NCBI GenBank assembly: GCA_031370285.1
Contig: JANMQG010000057.1
Span: 33,502-97,501, forward strand
From: Chloracidobacterium sp.
Lineage (GTDB): Bacteria > Acidobacteriota > Blastocatellia > Pyrinomonadales > Pyrinomonadaceae
Length of the DNA stretch: 64,000 nt
Reading direction: 5' to 3'
Made by a program: the position numbers and the translations under genes. Of the stretch, positions 1 to 7,703 are shown piece after piece. The first letter of the stretch is position 1, and each line of letters starts with the position of its first letter. The notes under the pieces are model-generated. The model was not told where the DNA came from. It worked only from the letters and a program-made list of their open reading frames with translations, and searched no databases.

Positions 1-219
1 TGTCCACTTGAGCTGCGGTGAGCCGCCACCGATCGACCGGTAACTCCTGATCGACGACGGCCCTTTGACCATTGCGATCATGAAAGCCAGGAGCTGCCGA
101 AACGGAGTCGGGACCCCCACCAGTACGGCGGGATTAGCAAATAACCGATACAGAAACGGCTTGACGTCCGACAGGGTCCAGGGTCCACCGAAGTTGAGTA
201 ATAGGATTCCTGTTTTCAT
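1..219 (-). CDS. hemH: ferrochelatase, N-terminal 73 codons (gene runs off window start)
   Basis: Own translation of minus strand from ATG at 219: MKTGILLLNFGGPWTLSDVKPFLYRLFANPAVL..., a typical ferrochelatase N-terminus. Not in ORF track because no stop lies in the window. Co-directional, downstream of hemN. Confidence 0.7.
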   Translation of the reverse strand, partial: MKTGILLLNFGGPWTLSDVKPFLYRLFANPAVLVGVPTPFRQLLAFMIAMVKGPSSIRSYRSIGGGSPQLKWT

Positions 220-240
220 CTTGTTTTGTCCAACCTTGTT

Positions 241-331
241 TGTCCGATAAACTTCAGTTTGTGGTTGACCCGAAATTCCCTTCTAGCAGCCTGGAAACCC
301 ACATGATTGACAAACTGAAGTTTGTCGGACA
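241..331. repeat. 22-bp-armed inverted repeat between hemN stop and hemH start
   Basis: tgtccgataaacttcagtttgt (241-262) pairs with acaaactgaagtttgtcggaca (310-331), 1 mismatch, 47-nt loop. Confidence 0.7.
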
Positions 332-334
332 TTC

Positions 335-1747
335 CTAGATGGTGCGACTAAACAATTGCGTCGCCGGCGCCTTGCGTGCAAGGCGCGCGTCAAAAGCCAT
401 GCAGATGTTACGCAAGAAAGCCCGCCCTTCGTCGGTGACCTCGCAGCGGTTGCGCGAAAGGCGCGCGAGCCCGTCGCGCCTGGGTTCGTCAAGTTTCTCC
501 GGCACTGCGTCGAGGTATGGAACGTAAAGCTCCGGACTGTCCCAACGTGTTTCAAACCGCGTCATCAGATTCAGAATGTGGCGACGCAGAATTTGGTCTT
601 CCTCGTCTAGTTGATGTCCGCGAAAGATCGGAATCTCGCCCTTCTCGATTCGCTCTTCATACGCCTCGATTGATTTTTCGTTTTGCACAAAGACGTCCCA
701 CGAATCACTGATCGAGGAAACGCCGAGGCCAATCAAAGGCGACACAAAGCGTGATGTATAGCCCATGAAATTTCGATGTAGGGTCCCATCCACCGAAGCC
801 TGCCAAAGCGAATCGGACTTCAGGGCAAAGTGATCCATGCCGATTTCGACATAGCCCGCCTGTTCCAGCATCGTCCGGCCAAGCTCGTACAGGCCGCGCT
901 TCTGCTCACCCGATGGCAGATCCGCTTCAGTGAAGTGACGTTGACCGGGCTTGACCCAGGGCACGTGCGCATAGCCATAAAAGGCGATACGCTCCGGCTT
1001 GAGCCTTAACACAGCCTCGATCGTTTGTTTGACGCCGGAGAGATTTTGGAAAGGCAGGCCGTAAATCAGATCGTAATTGATGCTCTGGAATCCGGCGGCG
1101 CGCGCTTGCTCGCTGACCGTCCGCACCTGTTCCTCAGATTGAACGCGATTTACCGCTAACTGCACTCGCGGGTCGAAATCCTGAATCCCAAGACTCAAAC
1201 GCTGGAAACCAAGTCGACCGAGCACTGCGAGTTGATCAGGCCGCGTCACCCTCGGGTCGGATTCAATTGAGAATTCTGCGTCGGGAGTCTGCCTGACGTG
1301 CTCCAGGATACCGCTTAGGAGTTCATCCAGTTCGCCGGCAGTGAGAAACGTCGGTGTCCCCCCACCGAGGTGCAATTCGCTCAGAGGAATGGGTCCGGAG
1401 TGCCCAAGTTTTTGTCGATATAACTCCCATTCCTTGAGCACTGTCTTGACGTAAGCTCCGCCGACAGTAGTGCTGCAGGTGATGCGCGAGTTGCAGCCGC
1501 AATAGGTGCACAGCGATTGGCAGAAGGGTACGTGCACGTAAATCGCCGCGCCGGTGCCGCCTAACTCGGCCAAGTGCAGACTCCGTCGCGTACTCTCAAG
1601 CCAGGCTGCCAGAGTCGGTTCGGCGTCCCAATATAGAATCGTAGGATAGCTTGTATAGCGCGGTCCGGGTACATCGTATTTTCTAAGTAGTTCCGACGCT
1701 GTTGCAATCACTGTCATGTCACCCTGAGACTGATTCGCTTCGGTCAT
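335..1747 (-). CDS. hemN: oxygen-independent coproporphyrinogen III oxidase (radical SAM)
   Basis: 470 aa. Radical-SAM CxxxCxxC seen as CQSLCTYCGC. N-terminal YDVPGPRYTSYPT and HLGGGTPTFL motifs typical of HemN. Confidence 0.9.
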   Translation of the reverse strand: MTEANQSQGDMTVIATASELLRKYDVPGPRYTSYPTILYWDAEPTLAAWLESTRRSLHLAELGGTGAAIYVHVPFCQSLCTYCGCNSRITCSTTVGGAYVKTVLKEWELYRQKLGHSGPIPLSELHLGGGTPTFLTAGELDELLSGILEHVRQTPDAEFSIESDPRVTRPDQLAVLGRLGFQRLSLGIQDFDPRVQLAVNRVQSEEQVRTVSEQARAAGFQSINYDLIYGLPFQNLSGVKQTIEAVLRLKPERIAFYGYAHVPWVKPGQRHFTEADLPSGEQKRGLYELGRTMLEQAGYVEIGMDHFALKSDSLWQASVDGTLHRNFMGYTSRFVSPLIGLGVSSISDSWDVFVQNEKSIEAYEERIEKGEIPIFRGHQLDEEDQILRRHILNLMTRFETRWDSPELYVPYLDAVPEKLDEPRRDGLARLSRNRCEVTDEGRAFLRNICMAFDARLARKAPATQLFSRTI

Positions 1748-2019
1748 TTTAAGTCTATCGAAAGTGGTCGGCTAAACATGCGCTCACTCGTGAGGGGCCC
1801 GAAGGAGCAACGTGTGTGCCGGGTAGCAAACTGAAGCATTATTGGGAAACCCAGGTTCGCAACCTGCGCAATATGACCGACACATTGCGCAGAATTTCGC
1901 AAGAGGAGGAGTCCGCCCATCCGACGCGCGGGTATTCTCCTGGAAGAATCACCGACAACTTGAAGATTGTCACTATTGACCGAACGGCCTTTGAGTTGCT
2001 CTGATGAGTGGCGTGAAAG

Positions 2020-2034
2020 TGAAAACCATTTTCA
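2020..2034. promoter_or_regulatory. AT-rich 6-3-6 palindrome upstream of feoA (candidate Fur-type operator)
   Basis: tgaaaa-cca-ttttca perfect inverted repeat about 60 bp upstream of the feoA ORF. Position and AT-richness only; not a close match to the E. coli Fur box. Confidence 0.25.
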
Positions 2035-2093
2035 TTTTGACATAAAGATCAGGGAAATCCTTCGGAACCTTTTTAGGGATTGATATTCAAAAT

Positions 2094-2375
2094 ATGGGAC
2101 GACTCACAGCAATCACAAAGCGAATAGGCAGGGCGGTGCGGGCATCGATGTCGCTTGCAACCCTGCCTCATGGTGCGGCGGCGCGCGTCGTTGGCGTAGA
2201 CGGTTCTGGAGCTGCGACCCTGCGGCTGATAGAGATGGGGATCGTGCCCGGAGCTGCTATACGCGTGGTCAAAGCGGCGCCTCTCGGAGATCCGATCCAG
2301 GTTTGCCTGAGGAATCATCATCTCGCCCTACGCCGCACCGACGCGGAAAGAATCTCCGTCGTCATAGACGGCTAG
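2094..2375 (+). CDS. feoA: ferrous iron transport protein A (FeoA)
   Basis: Small SH3-like FeoA pattern LATLPHGAAARVVGVDG...RLIEMGIVPGAAIRVV...GDPIQV. Alternative start ATG 2148 gives a more typical 75-aa product. Confidence 0.8.
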   Translation: MGRLTAITKRIGRAVRASMSLATLPHGAAARVVGVDGSGAATLRLIEMGIVPGAAIRVVKAAPLGDPIQVCLRNHHLALRRTDAERISVVIDG

Positions 2376-2401
2376 TGCTTCCCGAGAGTTTTCGGTTCTC
2401 T

Positions 2402-4504
2402 ATGAGTGCGATTTTGCAATCGGACCAAAATGCAGTGTCGGCCGTGCGCGGTTTGGCGCGGCCGCTGTCTGTTGCCATCGCGGGAAATCCAAATGCGGGT
2501 AAGACGAGCCTTTTCAATTCGCTCACGGGACTCCGGCAGAAAGTTGCAAATTACCCTGGCGTCACCGTCGAGAGCAAGACTGGATTGTGGGTCCTCGATC
2601 CACACCTGCCCGCCGCTCGCATAATCGATCTGCCTGGCTTGTATAGCCTTGATGCAACTTCTCTGGACGAGCAAATCGCGCGCGATGTCATGCTCGGGCG
2701 CGCGCCGGCAGTAGCCGATCCGGACGTTATCGTCGTCGTAGTGGACGCGACTAACCTGGTGCGCAATCTCTATCTCGTGACGCAACTCCTCGAGACAGGG
2801 CGGCGGCTCGTTGTGGCGCTGACCATGATCGATCTGGCTGAGCGCGCCAAACTCGAAATCGATACGGCCCGGTTGAGTGAAGCGCTCGGGGTCGCGGTTG
2901 TGCCGGTTGTGGCGAAACAGCGTCGGGGAATCGACCAGCTTGGGCAGGCTCTCCTGCAAGCAGTCGAAAAAAGTGCCCCGGGTCCGAGTTGGCATTTTTC
3001 GCCAGAGGTAGAAGCGCAGTTGGCGCTACTATCCGAGGACGAGCCCGCTCGGCGTTATTCGGTAATGCGTGAACTATTTTCTGACGCGCAACCGAAAAAC
3101 ATCGACCAGCGTACAGCACTCGAACAGTCACGCCAACAGCTTGAGCAGGCCGATCCAAATTGGCGGCAGCAACCGCTAATCGCGCGCTACGAGTGGATCG
3201 AAAGAGTCGTTAACCAATCCTTACATTTCGGCGGTGACGGTCGCCTTAGCAGCACCGAACGGATCGACGCCGTGATGACTCACAAGATCGCCGGCCCTTT
3301 GATTCTGCTCCTGGTAATGCTGCTGGTGTTTCAGTCAATCTTTTCGTGGGCAAACCTGCCCATGAACTTAATTGATCACGTTTTCAGCGCCCTGGGTGAC
3401 GGCGTCCGCGGCCAGCTGCCGGCCGGAATACTCACGGACCTGCTGGTCGATGGCGTGATCGCTGGAGTAGGCGGTGTACTGGTCTTCCTGCCGCAGATTC
3501 TATTGCTCTTCTTCTTCATCTCGATTCTTGAAGACAGCGGTTACATGGCGCGGGCGGCTTTTTTGATGGATCGATTAATGCGGATCGTCGGTTTGAACGG
3601 TAAGGCGTTCATGCCGCTGCTGAGCAGTTTTGCGTGCGCGGTTCCGGGGATCATGGCGACGCGAACGATCGAGAGCCCCAAAGACAGAATTGCGACGATC
3701 ATGATTGCGCCATTCATGAGCTGTTCGGCGCGCCTGCCGGTGTACACGTTGATGATCGCCGCCTGCTTTTCGGATCGAAAGATTCTCGGGGTCATCTCGG
3801 CTGGCGTGGTAATCATCCTGGCGATGTATCTGCTCGGCGTTTTGGTGGCCATCCTCGTTGCCTGGATCTTAAAAGCGACACTCTTGAATGCTCCAGCGCC
3901 GCCCTTTGTAATGGAGCTACCACCTTATCGCGTTCCTCAGTTTGCAAATGTTGCTCACGCGATGTTTGAGCGCGCTGGGTTGTTTGTGAAGCGCGCGGGC
4001 ACGGTGATTCTGGCGATTTCGATACTGCTATGGGCGCTGGTTGCGTTTCCGCGTCGTCCCGCCAGCACCCCCTCCGAGCAGGTGCAGCGCAGCTTCGCCG
4101 GTCAAGCGGGCCGCGCGATCGAGCCGGTAATTACCCCCCTTGGCTTTGACTGGAAGATCGGCGTGGGTCTGATTTCTTCTTTTGCGGCGCGCGAAACTAT
4201 CGTCTCAACGTTGAGCATTGTTTACAACATTGGGGATGATGCAAAGGGACAGTCCGGATCTCTCGTCGATGCACTGCGCAAGGCAAAGCGAGCTGACGGA
4301 TCTCCCGCCTGGACGCCACTTGTTGCGCTTTCGTTGATGGTATTTTTCGTGCTCGCGTGCCAGTGCATGTCTACACTGGCGGTAGTCAGGCGCGAGACCA
4401 ACTCGTGGCGCTGGCCGCTATTCATGATTGGCTACATGCTGGTGCTCGCTTATGTTGGCTCGCTGATAACTTATCAAGGCGGACGGCTGCTGGGCTTCAG
4501 TTAA
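2402..4504 (+). CDS. feoB: ferrous iron transporter FeoB (G-domain plus membrane permease)
   Basis: G1 motif AIAGNPNAGKTSLFNSLTG shortly after ATG 2402, then a long polytopic membrane domain. The ORF-track start at 2303 overlaps feoA, so 2402 is preferred. Confidence 0.92.
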   Translation: MSAILQSDQNAVSAVRGLARPLSVAIAGNPNAGKTSLFNSLTGLRQKVANYPGVTVESKTGLWVLDPHLPAARIIDLPGLYSLDATSLDEQIARDVMLGRAPAVADPDVIVVVVDATNLVRNLYLVTQLLETGRRLVVALTMIDLAERAKLEIDTARLSEALGVAVVPVVAKQRRGIDQLGQALLQAVEKSAPGPSWHFSPEVEAQLALLSEDEPARRYSVMRELFSDAQPKNIDQRTALEQSRQQLEQADPNWRQQPLIARYEWIERVVNQSLHFGGDGRLSSTERIDAVMTHKIAGPLILLLVMLLVFQSIFSWANLPMNLIDHVFSALGDGVRGQLPAGILTDLLVDGVIAGVGGVLVFLPQILLLFFFISILEDSGYMARAAFLMDRLMRIVGLNGKAFMPLLSSFACAVPGIMATRTIESPKDRIATIMIAPFMSCSARLPVYTLMIAACFSDRKILGVISAGVVIILAMYLLGVLVAILVAWILKATLLNAPAPPFVMELPPYRVPQFANVAHAMFERAGLFVKRAGTVILAISILLWALVAFPRRPASTPSEQVQRSFAGQAGRAIEPVITPLGFDWKIGVGLISSFAARETIVSTLSIVYNIGDDAKGQSGSLVDALRKAKRADGSPAWTPLVALSLMVFFVLACQCMSTLAVVRRETNSWRWPLFMIGYMLVLAYVGSLITYQGGRLLGFS

Positions 4505-4525
4505 CGTTTCGAACGGTTGGAAGCA

Positions 4526-4831
4526 ATGTACTGGCAATCAATCATAGTTGCACTCTTAGTGCTGGCTGCTTTTGTATACGTCGGGCGGCGTGGCTGGGTG
4601 CGGCTGCAGTCTTTGGTCAGGACGAAAGGACGACTGACTTCTTCATGCGCCAGCGCTTGCGGTGGGTGTGCCAACGGCAAAGAAATTCCGAACCGAACGG
4701 TTCATTACCAATCCTTGCGACTCACGAAGCCTTCCGCTGAGGCAGGCCTGCGATTCATTCGCTCGCAGCATGAGCCAAACTCAAAAGCGCCGCGACAAAC
4801 AACGCGTTCCAAACGCGCAGAAAATTCATGA
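4526..4831 (+). CDS. FeoB-associated Cys-rich membrane protein-like
   Basis: N-terminal TM helix YWQSIIVALLVLAAFVYVGRRGW followed by CASACGGCANG, directly after feoB. Longer than I expect for this family. Confidence 0.6.
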   Translation: MYWQSIIVALLVLAAFVYVGRRGWVRLQSLVRTKGRLTSSCASACGGCANGKEIPNRTVHYQSLRLTKPSAEAGLRFIRSQHEPNSKAPRQTTRSKRAENS

Positions 4832-4842
4832 TGAAAAGTTAG

Positions 4843-5112
4843 TCAGCCGGCTATCGAGGGATCCCAAACGCTCATACACTTCACTCGAACCGCTTCAGGA
4901 TAGCTCTGAATCCGGTTGATCACCTGACCGGAGATCTTATCGACCGTGGAGATCAGCAGGGCTTCAACCGCGGACCGTTGTTCAGTTGAGAGCGAAGCGA
5001 GCCTGCGGCGGTGACGGATTATTTCAGACCGCGCTATGTCATGTAGGTGAAGTCGAACCTCGCCAAATTCTCGCCCGCTCTCTGTCTCTTCCCCAAGGTC
5101 GTAAGCAAACAT
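4843..5112 (-). pseudogene. fragment resembling the C-terminal dimerisation domain of glutamyl-tRNA reductase (HemA)
   Basis: Last 89 codons of the 233-aa ORF read ...LSTEQRSAVEALLISTVDKISGQVINRIQSY, like the HemA C-terminal helix. No catalytic or NADPH domain upstream. Confidence 0.3.
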
Positions 5113-5448
5113 GAAGCAGCTCCTGATTTTGGATGCCCGGGCTGAAAACGCTTTTTCCCCAAGCCTGAACTCGCCGCGAGTTGTGCAAAGTTGATACCAA
5201 AGCATTTGCGCGGTGGATTCACAACACTCTACTGCCTGCGACGCAGATGATGGAGCTAATGAGGCCCAATTCACTGCGCGCTTTCTCGCAAGACTTTGCG
5301 GAAGTTTCCGCAAAAGTCTGAGGGGAGAAGCAGGGAAACGCGCTGGATTGCTCCTAAGCCTTCGCAATGCGATCCGGCATGCGTGTTGCTCCAGCAGCAA
5401 TCGGGAACCCAAAGCTCGAGCGAAGGGAGCAGCGGCTTGCTGCTCAGA

Positions 5449-5862
5449 ATGCAGAGCAGGGAGAAATGGAGGTTCGATACCGTGGCTAAAGATGATCGAG
5501 ACATTCTCGAACTGCTCAAGGAAGAACTGGCTTTCCTGGAGCAAGGTGGTTACGGACGCTCAGTCCGCACACCGTGGTTACCAAAGTCGGCCTTCCAGGA
5601 CTCCCTGACCTGCATTAACTATGGTTATCCCTATCGCGCGCATCCCTGCAGCGAGTGCCACCTGATTGATTTTGTTGACGAGAAGCATCACGGCGAACAG
5701 GTTCCCTGCCATTACATTCCCTTGAATGAGGCTGGCGAAACCATCGAAGACCTTGAAGCTCAGGACAATCAGGCAAAATTGGAACGCACTCTCAAGGAAT
5801 GGATGCGAGCCAAGATCGCGGAGATTGAGAAAGCGCGAGCGAAGGAGACGGTGAGTCTGTAA
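5449..5862 (+). CDS. hypothetical Cys/His-rich protein
   Basis: ORF from ATG 5449 (MQSREKWRFD...). CxxC-like HPCSECH...CH. C-terminal tail AEIEKARAKETVSL is re-used in the downstream duplication. Confidence 0.5.
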   Translation: MQSREKWRFDTVAKDDRDILELLKEELAFLEQGGYGRSVRTPWLPKSAFQDSLTCINYGYPYRAHPCSECHLIDFVDEKHHGEQVPCHYIPLNEAGETIEDLEAQDNQAKLERTLKEWMRAKIAEIEKARAKETVSL

Positions 5863-6577
5863 GCGAGAATTAGTGGAGGTGTAGCATGACGAAGGTCGTC
5901 GATGTAGTCGCTGCCCTCGCGGTGATGACGGGCCTGTTTTTCGGGGTTCGGTTTTTCAGTCGAGCCTATTTCCGCTACCGAGACTCTAGAATAATCATCT
6001 GCCCGGAAACCAACGAGCAGGCTCTGGTAGAGGTTGATGCTGTACATGCAGCGTTGACGTCGGCCTGGGGCCAACCGGATATTCGCTTACGCAACTGCTG
6101 GCGGTGGCCGCTGAACGAAAACTGCGGTCAGGAATGCCTGACGCAACTCGACGTGGCTTCGCCAGACCGTCTCGTTAGGGGAGTCCTGATGAGGTGGGCG
6201 GAGATTGAGGAAGCGCGAGCGAAGCAGACGGTGAGTCTGTAGGCGAGAATCAGAGGAGGTGTTGCATGACGAACGTCGTCTATGTGATCGCTGCTCTCGC
6301 GGTGATGACGGGCCTGTTTTTCGGGGTTCGTTATTTTATCCGTGCTTATTGCCGCTACCGAGACTCTAGAATAATCATCTGCCCGGACAGCAAGGAACAG
6401 GCGATGGTTGAGGTTGATGCCGTACACGCGGCATTGACTTCGGTTCTGGGCCAACCGGATATTCGCTTACGCAACTGCTGGCGGTGGCCGCTGAACGAAA
6501 ACTGCGGTCAGGAATGCCTGACGCAACTCGACGTGGCTTCACCAGAGTGCCTGGTTCGCGGAGTACTGATGAGGTGG
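5818..6577. repeat. diverged tandem duplication, 2 x 380 bp
   Basis: 5818-6197 aligns with 6198-6577, e.g. gcggagattgagaaagcgcgagcgaaggagacggtgagtctgtaagcgagaat versus gcggagattgaggaagcgcgagcgaagcagacggtgagtctgtaggcgagaat. Scattered substitutions throughout. Confidence 0.85.
5886..6242 (+). CDS. truncated/chimeric paralog of the 6266-6835 membrane-anchored Cys-rich protein
   Basis: 118 aa. First about 103 aa are near-identical to the N-terminus of the next gene. The last 14 aa (AEIEEARAKQTVSL) derive from the duplicated tail of the 5449-5862 gene. Confidence 0.55.
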   Translation: MTKVVDVVAALAVMTGLFFGVRFFSRAYFRYRDSRIIICPETNEQALVEVDAVHAALTSAWGQPDIRLRNCWRWPLNENCGQECLTQLDVASPDRLVRGVLMRWAEIEEARAKQTVSL

Positions 6578-6835
6578 TACGACCTCAAGCAGTGCGTCTA
6601 TTGCGGCAAGCCGTTCGAACAGATTCAGTGGGCGGATCACAAACCCGGTCTGCAGAGTCCGGACGGAAAGCTGGTTGAATGGAGCAAAGTTCCGATTGAG
6701 ACTATTCAGACGGTCATGACTACATATAGTCCGGTCTGCTGGGATTGCTATCTCGCCCAGTCGTTTCTTCGCGATAATCCAGACTTGGTCGTCTATCGCC
6801 CGTGGCGAGAGGGAATCCACCGAGCGGGCCCGTGA
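6266..6835 (+). CDS. membrane-anchored Cys-rich protein, unknown function
   Basis: 189 aa. N-terminal TM (VIAALAVMTGLFFGV) and multiple Cys pairs (NCWRWP..NCGQEC, CVYCG, CWDC). Confidence 0.6.
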   Translation: MTNVVYVIAALAVMTGLFFGVRYFIRAYCRYRDSRIIICPDSKEQAMVEVDAVHAALTSVLGQPDIRLRNCWRWPLNENCGQECLTQLDVASPECLVRGVLMRWYDLKQCVYCGKPFEQIQWADHKPGLQSPDGKLVEWSKVPIETIQTVMTTYSPVCWDCYLAQSFLRDNPDLVVYRPWREGIHRAGP

Positions 6836-6944
6836 TGGAGCGCGCAGCCACCGGTTTGCGCGCCCGGGCAAGGGGCCCGCGCGGCTTCGAATTATTTTCG
6901 ATCTTTTACAAAGGGTGCAATTTCTCAAAGAAAGGAGATGAATT

Positions 6945-7427
6945 ATGACACCCGATACTTTTCTAACCCCCACGAAGAACTTCAAGAACCTGATGGCGGA
7001 TCCGTTCCGGCTCTTAAATCGTCCGGCACGACTGTTCGAAGAACCATTCGCCATGTTTCGTCCCTTCCTGCCGACGGAAGAGAACTGGCAGATGACCGCC
7101 TGGACTCCGCTGTGTGACATCTACGAGACGGACAAAGAGTTGGTGCTCAAGCTCGAACTGCCCGAGATCAAGAAGGACGACGTGCACATCACTCTTGAGA
7201 ACAATGTGCTGACGCTGAAAGGCGAGCGCAGATTCGAGGAGAAGACGGAGCACGAAAACTATCATCGCGTGGAGCGTCGTTACGGTGAATTCCTGCGCAG
7301 CTTCACTCTCCCAACCTTCGTTGATGCGAGCAAGATCGATGCGGGATTCAAGGATGGCGTCCTAACGGTGACGATGCCAAAATTCGAGGAAGCAAGACCG
7401 AAACAGATAAGCGTCAAGGTCCATTAA
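6945..7427 (+). CDS. Hsp20/alpha-crystallin family small heat-shock protein
   Basis: Alpha-crystallin core DIYETDKELVLKLELPEIKKDDVHITLENNVLTLKGER...GVLTVTMPK. AGGAG RBS upstream of ATG 6945. Confidence 0.9.
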   Translation: MTPDTFLTPTKNFKNLMADPFRLLNRPARLFEEPFAMFRPFLPTEENWQMTAWTPLCDIYETDKELVLKLELPEIKKDDVHITLENNVLTLKGERRFEEKTEHENYHRVERRYGEFLRSFTLPTFVDASKIDAGFKDGVLTVTMPKFEEARPKQISVKVH

Positions 7428-7473
7428 TCCATTTGGGGGCTAACTCGCCTCTGCCGCGAGTTGTCTCCGCGCA

Positions 7474-7514
7474 GCCGCAGGCGATTTCTCAAGGAGTCGC
7501 CTGCGGCTTTTATT
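7474..7514 (+). terminator. Rho-independent terminator after Hsp20
   Basis: gccgcaggcga / 12-nt loop / tcgcctgcggc followed by ttttatt. Confidence 0.7.
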
Positions 7515-7703
7515 GTTGGCCGCCGCGCGTACTGACGTTGGCAACTGAAAATGCTCCGTCGCTACCAGACCGTGATTTAGGGTCTGATATTTGCAACCAA
7601 CACCAACGACTCGGGCCATTATGCGCACTACCGCTGGGCTGCGGACAAGTTTGGGGAACATTACACAAAACGATCGTCGACTTCTGGGTGAGATTACACA
7701 GCG

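Noticed and set aside
2303-2401. Upstream extension of the feoB ORF
   Set aside because: It overlaps feoA and encodes Arg-rich non-homologous sequence. The G-domain begins just after ATG 2402.
5113-5544. N-terminal 144 codons of the 233-aa minus-strand ORF
   Set aside because: There is no similarity to HemA or anything else, and it overlaps the plus-strand gene starting at 5449. Only the C-terminal fragment is kept, as a low-confidence remnant.
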